Origin: Phoronis australis
Lineage: Eukaryota; Animalia; Phoronida
Direction: 5' to 3'
Assembly: GCA_002633005.1 (NCBI GenBank)
Contig: NMRA01000820.1
Coordinates: 1 to 54,952, forward strand
Length of the DNA: 54,952 nt
In this document: positions 39,601 to 49,105 of the stretch, piece after piece
How positions within the stretch are numbered: position 1 is the first letter of the stretch
Layout: every line of letters begins with the position of its first letter
Program-made: the position numbers and the translations under genes
Notes under the pieces: generated by a model
What the model was told of the DNA's origin: nothing
What the model saw: only the letters and a program-made list of their open reading frames with translations
Database searches by the model: none

Positions 39601-42600
39601 ATAAAGATCCTGTAGTGAGTTTAGGAGATGCAGCTATGACCCCAAAACAAAACAAAACTACCACTAGGAGGCGCCACAGTAGTCAAATTCATTATCGTCA
39701 ACTGTCCTCTTCACACTGAGAACATATCCACCAATTTTCAAAATCATCCTTAAAATGGTTTGGTTGATCGAGGGATGAACGCCAAAAGACAAGACTCAAA
39801 AACAGGAAAAATGACCACTAGGTGGCGCAAAGTACCTCAATTCCATCAGAAAGCGGGAGAATAGCATCATCTCACCTATAAATGCCTTATTCCAAATTTT
39901 CTGAGGATCTTTGAAGATACAGTGGTAGGCCTAAAAATGAAAATTGCCACTAGGGGGCACACTAGAAATCAGATCCGTCCGAAACTTGTTGTCATCTGTT
40001 GTCAACATCATATAAATACACTTGTTAAATTTAGCAAAGACTGCAAATGGTTTAGGAGATACAGCCATAGGCGCAATAAAACAAAACTGCCACTAGGAGA
40101 CTCCACAGTAGTCATAATCATAGAAAAATCAATGTCAGCTTTGTGGTAAGAACACACATGCCAAATTTCACAATCGTCCTTAGAGCGGTTTGGTTGATAA
40201 AGAGGTGTACGCCAAAAACAGACTAAAAACAGTAAAAATGGCCACTAGGTGGTGCAAACTATGTCAAATCCATTCGAAACTGGGAGAATAGCGCCATCTC
40301 ACTAATAGATGCCTATATTCCAAATTTTATGAAAATACGTTGAGGACCTTAGAAGACACAGTGGTAAACGTAAAAAAATAAAATTGACACTTGGGGGCAG
40401 ACCGGTAGTCGGATCTGTCTGAAAGTTTGCTCATGCCGTCCCATCCATGATAGGGACATATGTGCAAAAATTTCATGAACATACGTCAAAAGATTTTGGA
40501 GATAAAACAGGAGACGCCGGACGGACGATAGCTGGACGGACGGCTGGAGATGACGGCATAAAGCGTCCACACATAAATATGTGGGCGCATAAAAATGTAA
40601 AAATGCACATGAGAAAGAAGCAAAAATATAACCTGCAACAATTGCGTTCATGTATGACTTAACCTTTGGTTGTACATTGCATCTATTGAAATATATAAGA
40701 CACATGCCACCGAAGTAACAGATGAATTCATGAATAAACTTTAACTCTATAAACAGCATCAGTGGAACTGCATCTGTAATAAAACCATACTCAACACAGA
40801 GGTCTTTAAAGTGATGTATGTATACAATAAGGCAGAGAAGTTCATACACAAATTAAGGTCAACATAAACAGTATCTCTTGAGTAAGCTACAGACTTTGAT
40901 ACATACCTTACTATGTGCTTTCTGAACATCAGCGTTTTTGATAACATTGCGTCTCTTGCGGTTGAGAATGTTGCTCATCTCATTCTGTTGGAAGTAGCCA
41001 TTGGGGCCGAAGAATGACTCGACGAGGTATTCGAATCCCTCGATGCGTCCCTCCAGCTCCAGAAGGTTCAGTGACTCTCCGAAAACATCTAGGGTAAGGT
41101 TAACAGTGGCTGAGCGAGGTATGTACGACTTTGTGGAGAAGAGAACGTTGCTTTCAACCTTGCCTCCGACGTTGAGGATCTGGGAGAAGAATGATTTTTC
41201 GTAGTTACGCGAAAACTTCCTAGCATCATTGTTGTACTCTTTTGACAGCTCCTCATCTTCAAGGATCTCACGCACGGTCCACTTGAATGGGTCCGAGGTC
41301 TCCATCAAGTTGGTCAAGTGGGTCCACACGAATGTGCCAATCTGGTTTGACTTCTCTGACTGAAGGACAGCTTTGACATTATCGATGATGTTCTTGTCTG
41401 CGCAGCGCATCACGGCCAAGTAAGCGTGAGCGCGGATCTCAGTGTCCTCCTCGGCATCTCTGAACACAGACATCAACTTGGAGTTCTGCAAGCAAATGAA
41501 AGAAATGGGTCACGTAGTGGTACATGAAACCAAATCTGTTAATGTATGCTCAACAAACTAAGGTTTACAAAATTTCAGAGAAACTGTCATTAAAAATACG
41601 TAATTCTTCATAAACATCTACGAATATTTTCAAAATGGTGTCCTAAAATAAAATTTTATGAATGTCAATTACTGTAATAACTCACGTCGAAGGGGCACTG
41701 GAGACGGCGGAAAGCTTGGATGGCAGCGACACGAATATCAGTGGACTCCTTCTTGTTGGTGATGCATCGCCCGAGAGTGTCGACAGCCTTCATAGCATGT
41801 CCAGTGTTGCCGAGTGCCTTGAGGGACATAAGCACCTTCTCGCGCTGGTCCTTATTGGTGTTCTTGCAGTCATAACCAAGGTTGTCTTCGAAGACCTTAA
41901 CAAGGTCAATCACCTCTGAGTCATCATTGCACTCAGCGTTTACGCGGCAGTAGCTGTTGACCATGGCTGAAACAGCCAGGACGGCTTGACGAGATGGCTT
42001 GGCCACAGTGACAAGAGGCTGCAAGAGATGTATACTGTTTCTAGAGATGCCCACATATTGCAGAAAATTCGATTGTTATTGTAAACTCGCTGAAAATCCA
42101 CTTTATCAAACAAAAGCAAGTTGAGCATATATTTTATTACACAAACACCTAAACAGCGATCTGGTTGTTAAAAGTAAAGATTACAGCGACATCTAGAGGT
42201 CACTAGCAGAAGTTACTCATACACTTATTATTACTGGCAAAAATGTTGGCAATAGTGCACTTCGGTTGAATTTGATTAATCACACATCAATTAAAAAGTC
42301 TTGAAATATTATTTTGTCAAGACATCAAAAACAGATTTTACAGAATACTAAGCAGACTGGAATATAAATTTCACTGGAAAAGTAAAAAACAGCTTATGTG
42401 CTCACAAATTCTTCCTCTCACATACCTTAACCTCTGCAAGCATCTGCTTGCTTGGTCGACTGACGAAGGCGAGTGAATTGAGCCACTGAACAGCCATGGG
42501 AGCTGGCAGGTCATCGCGGCTGATCATCTTTTGGATCAAGGACACAGAGGCAATGGTGCCGCAGCTGGGAACGGCATCCAAGAAGTATTTCCTGAAAACA

Positions 42601-45600
42601 CAGCCGAGAAGAATTAAAACAAATTAGACTCAGCTTGCACAATATCTTCAACAGTTTGGTTGGTAATTTTCAAACTTATCATTTTCATTGTTCTTTAACT
42701 TAAAATTCCACAAAACTTTGGCTTCAATGCAATGAAACATTGGAAGTATGTGTTCTAACAGAGCTATGCATCGTCACGAGTCACATTACAAATGCTGAGC
42801 TGTCTTAAAATGAAATTCAAAAAAACGCTTCAGAATTTATTAAGGTTAGCCAACACCATCATTCGGAATTCGAAAATGACGCGGCAACACATTGCCTATG
42901 ACTCAAGTTGGTAACTACAATAGAATCCTACCACGGTACGGAAATTATGAAAGTCAAAGGTTTAATTCGATTTTTGTTTTTAACAGCTGAACAAGGCAAA
43001 ATGCAGCGTTAAATTGACAAATTTTATGAGGACAAGTTTCTTTAAAAACTACCACACGTTAAAACACTAGGACGGTTGAACAATTCATTACCTTGCAACT
43101 TGTGACTTTGCACAGAATGGACGGCGGTTGTCATCAACCGTGCGCCAAACATTGCCAAGAGCTTCTGTGTTGAGACGACGCATCTTGTAGACGAGGTTGG
43201 CAAACATGCGAGGCACCTCAGGGCGAACATCATCCTTAGCAACTGAACAGATCTCCCGAAGTTGATCGATGACATCACGATAGTCTCGTTCCAAGCGTTC
43301 ACCTTCATAAGCATGTTCGAAGCGCAGATCCGTGCGATATTCAACATTCCCTTCAGAAAGAAGAAAAAAATTGCTGGCCATCCTATCTCTACCAATTCTG
43401 ATTATCGCATTTATAAATACAAAATCCGTGGTGCAAAAAATCTCATTCCACTTTCAATTATAAACCACAATCTATGAATTCACTTGGAATTTACAATGGC
43501 CAGACAATTACACTCCATGCATATGATCTAATAAAATCTAGAGAAACAAATAGGAAATCCCTGAACAGAAAAGTAGCAAAGCATTCTTACTCTGGTTAGT
43601 GGAGACACCACTCCTGTACGTGTTGTACTTGAGTGTCTGCTTGACCGTTGTGGTAGCGCCGCTCTTGCCGTAGCTGAAGGGACGGAAAGTGTGAACCTCC
43701 TCGCAGCTGGACTGGATGAGACGACCATCAGTGTGGAAGCTCTGGTCACAGTTGTGAGAACTCTTCATCAATGGCATAGACTGGATGGTCTGAAGAAGAC
43801 GGGGAAGAATTGCCCATGTTGATAAACATATAGTGTTCTTAAATTTGTAAATCTTGAACCGGCGTGGAAATACATATCACAAGCATGGCTCATTGGCTGG
43901 AGTGTCTTAACTGTTAGAAGGTACACCGTTAAAGTCCCTGTCGAGGGCAGAAATGTTTTCAGACTTATATTAATTAGGTGATGTGATGTGGCTAACAGGT
44001 GGCGTGCAGACCAGAGCGTATTTTGGTTAAAGAGACTACAAACCCATCTTCCGTCCAAGAAACAAGCTTTTGATTGGTTACAAAAAGTGTCAGCTCTTTC
44101 GAAGCCACGAAATCATCTCCAGTTTGACTGAGGAACGAATCGAGACCAATTTCATATCCATGTGAGGTCTAAATCAAAGGTTCGTTTTTGGGCTGGAAGG
44201 AGGGTATAACCACTTTAAAGAGATTCTTAAAAATGTATATTTTGTATGGGTTACTTGTCTAAATGAGATTTAGTGCATCGCCATTACTTCTGTCCAATAG
44301 TTGAATAATTATACGTACTGTAGACAAGTGCATAAACTCGTAAACAAAATTCATCTCTGCACAAGGATATATTTGGGAAGAGCTATAACTAAACTATATC
44401 ATTTTCTAAGCAAACTTGAAATGGCTAAAAAGTGTGAGTCACACTTTTGCTGTACCGATGGTACTCTGTATGGCATAGCCTGGAATGCTGTTTGTTTGCC
44501 ATGGCGGTCAGTGCATCCAAGGATCTTCTTAGACTTAGAGATCTTGATCTGTCCCCATGCATTGCTGAGGACGTTGTAATTAACCTCACAGTTGCCTGCT
44601 ACATCAGTCTAAACAAGAAAAAAAATTATTATTTCATGCTCAATATAACACCATGTAATTTGCAATAAAAAAGCATGCAGTAACTTGAAATTGAAACATA
44701 ATGAAATAGTACAATAGTAGTAACCCATATGAAACACCCCAGAAAAATTCAAATAGCAACATTAAACAGCCTTAACACTCATTGATAAAATGCATATTAC
44801 ACATAGTCAACTCTCCAATACAGAATGCAGTGAACAAACCTCTGTGGTCGTTTTATTTTCGGTCAGCTTGTCCATGGAGTTCTGGAAGGCCGACAGTACA
44901 CCACGTTTAATGTTGAGTGCTCGCCAGTCCTCGCTACGTGTGTGACACAGCTCGGCAACATTTCCATCCTGGAATCCAAAGCGAAGCGTCTCCGACTCCA
45001 GCAAGCGGCGCATTTCCGTGCTGCCGAGCGAAGCGAGTCTACGCTCTGGATTCGCGGGATCCACCTCTTCCAGGCGAACATTGCGAAGCTAAAATGACAT
45101 AAACCTAATATAAGCAATGTTAGTTCACATTAACTGCGTGTGGTATATACATTACACAGGTATAATAAAATCTAACACGAATGAAAGTTGAGTGATGTTG
45201 CCGCAATCCAGATGGTCAAACATGGCGCCCGCGACCACGAACATTTTTCGATACCTAGCGCTACCTGGCGGTTGCATTTGAGCTTACACCAACGTCCACT
45301 AGCAACCGATAGCAACAGGTTAGAGTCTCCTCAAGTTAATTTAAGAAACGAGAACAATCTTCGGACTATTGACCTACCTTCAGTGCAAACTCGCACTTGT
45401 CCAGCACTTCGATATCGGCTGTTGCCGTAATGTGTAGACCAGAGACTTCTTCTGAAGCGCCAGTCAAAGCGGTAATGAAGCTGGAGTCGTACAGGAACTC
45501 GTATGTTGTGCCAGGCATGTAATTGAACTTGCTCGACTCTGTAAACAATGAGAAAGAAGTGTGGCGTTATGAGGAAATGGCATTCAAATTTAAATCACAG

Positions 45601-46912
45601 TAGGACGGGGCTGAAATAAAAAAAATAATGTAGTTAAGTAGCGTAAAAAGTTATAGTAAATTACAATCGCGTTAAACTACGATTTAAGTAGTCTACTTGT
45701 AACTTTAAAGAATTCGTTGAACGATAATCACTGCACATGGACACCGTGACAGTCAGTCACTGTCGGTGCCGGGTGGCTCTGTGTTGGTGTCTAATTTTAT
45801 GTTTTTACAAAACACTTCATTAGTAGTTGCTTCAAATAAAAGTTCAAAAAGTAAGTAAAAGAAAAAAAAAACAAAAACAATTAATTGCAGTTAAGCATGC
45901 ATGTGAAAAGCCGTAGTTGTCATGGAAACGAATCATCTCCAATTGGAAATGTCAAGAAGTCGACATTTCTAATTCATCGTGAGGGCAAGTTACTCAACAT
46001 TTTATTTGCTCGTGTTAGGTGGTGACATCTTGTCATGTGATTTTGTCCTTTAGTTATGCAATCCTTGTGGAAGAACGCTCTTTACCCCCTGGACTTTGGA
46101 ACCGAACTGATACTCAGCAACTGTGAACAGTTGCGCATGCGTACATAAACACAGCTGAACGCTGTCAACTTTCAGCCAATGAGGAGACCAGAAGAGAGTT
46201 ATCGCAAGAGTTGACGGAGAGCTTGAAATTCTAATTGCTAAAACAGATTCGAGGTTTCTTTGTTAACAGCCTAAAGTAACTGACTTACCTGGGCACTCAG
46301 ATGAGCATTTTCTGTTTTCTTCCACCAGACTCACTTTATTTAACGGGCCTGAAAACAAACGTATGCAAATCATTGACCAAAAAAAAAACTTGACAATCGG
46401 ACAAACGCGCATGCTCGTAACACTCGGGGCATAACAGCTGAGTGGGCTATCGTGTTTCAAAACAACCAGGCACCAAGCCTGATTTCAGTGAGGTAGGCCA
46501 TAGAGAAAAAGCTATAATTTCAAGTAAGTTGGAGACAATATATGATATTCGGAAACAAAGCAAAAAACCTCAGGAGAATACAAGTGTTTCCTTGAAAACC
46601 AATAACCATCAGTGTTTCCAAACACTTCTCATTCCCAAATGACGTTAAAACTCGTATCAGTTATTTAACTAAGAAAAAACAAACGGCAAATCTTAAATTC
46701 AACAAATCTAATAAAGACAGAACTATTGGACGAAGATTATACTGAATTTTTTAGTTTTAATTGCAGTAAAAATGAGATAGTCAAGTCACGTATCCTGAAA
46801 TCAATTATAATGAAATAATTTCAGTTCTGCCAATGATCATCGAGAAAATTTCCTTACCTGCATTGGCTCCAGCCAGAATGGCTAGGAGCAACAGTGTTTT
46901 GCGCTCCATCAT
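21655..46912 (-). CDS. apoLp: Apolipophorin / apoB-like large lipid transfer protein precursor, about 4555 aa, 30 exons
   Basis: Exons (minus strand): 46912-46858, 46348-46289, 45538-45378, 45088-44840, 44608-44456, 43789-43591, 43350-43092, 42591-42426, 42018-41686, 41485-40907, 39288-39148, 38899-38694, 38536-38357, 37875-37442, 37152-36895, 36570-36342, 35926-35713, 35410-29051, 28928-28751, 28481-28297, 28127-27829, 27617-27440, 27091-26636, 26408-26027, 25743-25544, 25078-24331, 24071-23703, 23446-23124, 22771-22700, 21696-21655 (13668 nt, frame-consistent, GT-AG). Signal peptide MMERKTLLLLAILAGANA; LLT motifs WRALNIKRGVLSAFQ, TDVAGNC, LKALGNTG, NQIGTFVWTHL, RKFSRNYE, SYIPRSA, PTMIGLPLNL; VWD motifs HITTFD...GTCSYILA and GKTAGLFGTYDNE. 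Confidence 0.92.
23124..25743 (-). CDS. Apolipophorin C-terminal VWD, C8 and VWA-like domains (exons 25-28)
   Basis: HITTFDHRHYEFKGTCSYILAHDF and GWYYGKTAGLFGTYDNEPSNDF (VWD). CFKVVDPSKYYNMC...C...AANYIKEC (C8). ADVVLVIEQ...NHFGLVGFGG...FRAGVAKAIVTL shows a VWA-like beta/alpha pattern. Confidence 0.8.
29051..35410 (-). CDS. Giant internal exon 18 (6360 bp, 2120 codons) of the apolipophorin-like gene; tandem amphipathic beta repeats of about 55 aa
   Basis: Stop-free 2126-aa ORF bounded by a tttttcag acceptor (35411) and a gttagt donor (29050). Recurrent (K/T/N)TP(F/Y)E(N/D)(F/Y)E-x-I-x-A-x-F-x-H-x-G units. Confidence 0.93.
38066..38300. repeat. Tandem repeat of about 116 bp (2 copies + partial) in apolipophorin intron 13
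   Basis: ttcttgaatcaccagt...acaaaactagacta(t/c)agtcat...gttgataggtggcgctgt is repeated. Confidence 0.8.
39291..40595 (+). mobile_element. Helentron-associated (HINE/DINE-1-like) non-autonomous element with internal tandem repeats of about 143 bp, in apolipophorin intron 10
   Basis: Subterminal inverted repeat tatgcacccaca (about 39316) / tgtgggcgcata (about 40580), (GACG)n microsatellite and terminal hairpin at 40520-40590, A-run flanks, and eight CCACTAGG-type core units. Confidence 0.7.
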
Positions 46913-46943
46913 GTAATGGGCCCGATAAAAGCGCTTGCTGTTC

Positions 46944-46976
46944 TGAGCTCTTCTGTGCCGCTCAGGTTTATTTATA
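46944..46976 (-). promoter_or_regulatory. Core promoter of the apolipophorin gene: TATA box plus Inr
   Basis: Minus-strand TATAAATAAA at 46976-46967 and a TCAGAA initiator-like site with +1 near 46944 (32 nt downstream), about 30 nt before the ATG at 46912. Confidence 0.7.
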
Positions 46977-46996
46977 CCGCACCAAACGCACAATGA

Positions 46997-47009
46997 AACT
47001 CAAAGTCCA
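46997..47009 (+). promoter_or_regulatory. HNF4-type DR1 site (AACTCA-A-AGTCCA)
   Basis: Contains CAAAGTCCA, the HNF4-specific binding motif, about 55-65 nt upstream of the predicted TSS. Confidence 0.6.
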
Positions 47010-47919
47010 AACTTCGTGGATCCTGACCCACGTTGATCTCAGCAAAATTTTATGATAACGCCCTCTATGCCAATCAAAGCGTTGCCTGGTCACGGTAATA
47101 CCCTCTAAGCAAGGGGTTATATCGAACGCCTCGATCGCGAGTCGATGAGTTCTGTCACTTTTCTTCAGGATTTAGCATGTACTTTCGTGGCTGAAACTTT
47201 ATTGTTTTTCGTTTACTTCGTTATAATATATGCACAACTATTAATTTGGTTAACGCGCTATTTTCATCTGTCGCATCACGTTCCTACTCCATTGGGGAAA
47301 AGCATGCCATTTTATTGCCATTTCCTGTTATGCAGCCATTCCTACATGAGCTTTCGTTCACCGGAATTCGTCGGCTGGGTCTGTTATAGTGTTGCAGCAC
47401 ACATCACGAATTTTTGTCCGACCGGTCGCCTAGGAGTCGACGACTGGCCGTCGACCGGACGGTAAATTAGCCGAACGGTCGGCTAATTTTTAGTCTCTTT
47501 TGAGGGCATTTTCAAAAATTAATTTGTTTGGTTGATGCATTCAGTCAATGCCCACGCGTGGGCAGAGAACGTATCTGCGTCAAGAAAAAGTTGCGTTCTC
47601 AAAACTTTCGGTGTTGTGTGTTGTCACGGAGCTATTAATCAACCGAAGCCAAGTACAAAGCATGTCTTCTTCAAAATTTAGATAAAAAAGTTTACGTCAT
47701 ATATCGATTAAGCCTACAGGGTCACGGTCTTGGGCATACGTATATTGTAATATAATAATTGTATGTAATAACTGCGAATAGCACGTTCGCGTACAATAAG
47801 CCATTCACATTTATATGAGTCTGATCGCAATTCTTTCCCTGCTTTGAAGACAAACAATCATTTGATAATTTTCGGAAAGAAAGTGAAATAAAACATAATT
47901 ATGATAGTCCAGATTCTAC

Positions 47920-48050
47920 ATTTGAAGACCGCTCGTGCTTTCATTGACCAAAAGGTGAAAGAAAACGATGAAACAACTGCAACAGAATTACAAGGGATGC
48001 TAAAGAGAGCGTTTAAAGCTTCATGTCTCCAAATACAGTATTAGGCATGC
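47920..48050 (+). pseudogene. Possible Tc1/IS630-like transposase HTH fragment
   Basis: LKTARAFIDQKVKENDETTATELQGMLKRAF resembles the NDETTAxEL segment of Tc1-like transposases; it is frameshifted and short. Confidence 0.35.
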
Positions 48051-48556
48051 ATATTACATCATACCTCATATCAGTAAATCTTGTTATCAATCATGGTAGA
48101 AAAAATATTTGTATCATTGCCACAAGAAGTTAACAAAAGCGGTCAGTGTCTGTAACTGTTCTATCTATATTGTTTACGAATAAACGTCGGTCGAAATTAA
48201 TTTTCATAACATTGATTCATGCCAAAGGTTTGAAATCGCGCCCCCTTAAGAGTTTTGACTTGCCCTCGTGACCACTAGAATCGGTACAATAAACTTATAC
48301 AAGTTGTTTTTTAACCTACAGTATGTCAGAGAACTGAAAATTGTATGCGTTTTCGTTTGCGAGAGTGTTCTTTTTGAATCACTGGGTAAATCATTTTTAC
48401 GATCGGCATATGTCCCGAATAATAAATAAAATCTCCTTTCCCCCCTTATTTCGGTCTATTCCATTATTCCTTTGGGTAGGAGTACACGTCGTTTTCCCAG
48501 TCTTCGCATTGGTCTGTTATCACGTGCCTCGAGTTTGGTCAGCTCTTGGCTCTTAT

Positions 48557-49105
48557 CTCGCTGGTTCCCTACGTGCCGCTAAGTGGGGCGGTGGCCGCGC
48601 CAGCACGCAGGTATCACTTAATTTTCCTCGTTAAATTTTGTTTAAACGTTTCTGATTGGCTAGTCGAGTTCTCAACAGGCAGCGCTTTACGCAAACAAAC
48701 TGGCAAGACTGATGGACTGAAGTGTTAATGTGGTCTGTTGTACAGACATATCGGTGCTTAAAATTTATCCTCAGGAAATCATGCGAAGCCTAGAAATTGT
48801 GATTGCGACTTTTCGGAATGCATCTTTCTACTATCGATTACTTTTGTTTACGATAGTGTATGTATACAGTATAAATAACTCATCGGTTAAATCGGCCAGA
48901 TATGTGTTTATTGTACATGTAGAAACGAAATAGTTGCTGCGACACTTTGCATGACAAGACTAAAAATCGTTCACAGTCCGCTATTTTTTCGCGGTGTTAT
49001 AAAGCTAACCAATGACTGCCGAGGTTACATCGACCAATGCTAAAGCGCGTGCCACTGCGTGATACCTGCGTGCTGGCTGGGCTAAGCACGCAGGGAACCA
49101 GCGAG
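48557..49105. mobile_element. 549-bp MITE with 9-bp TSD (Mutator-like), nested in the 4-kb element
   Basis: TIRs ctcgctggttccct(a/g)cgtgc, with an inner inverted ccagcacgcaggtatcac. Exact flanking direct repeat GGCTCTTAT at 48548-48556 and 49106-49114. Confidence 0.85.

Noticed and set aside
40349-40849. 166-aa hydrophobic minus-strand ORF
   Set aside because: Lies in intron 10 and runs into the HINE-like repeat; an AT-rich spurious ORF.
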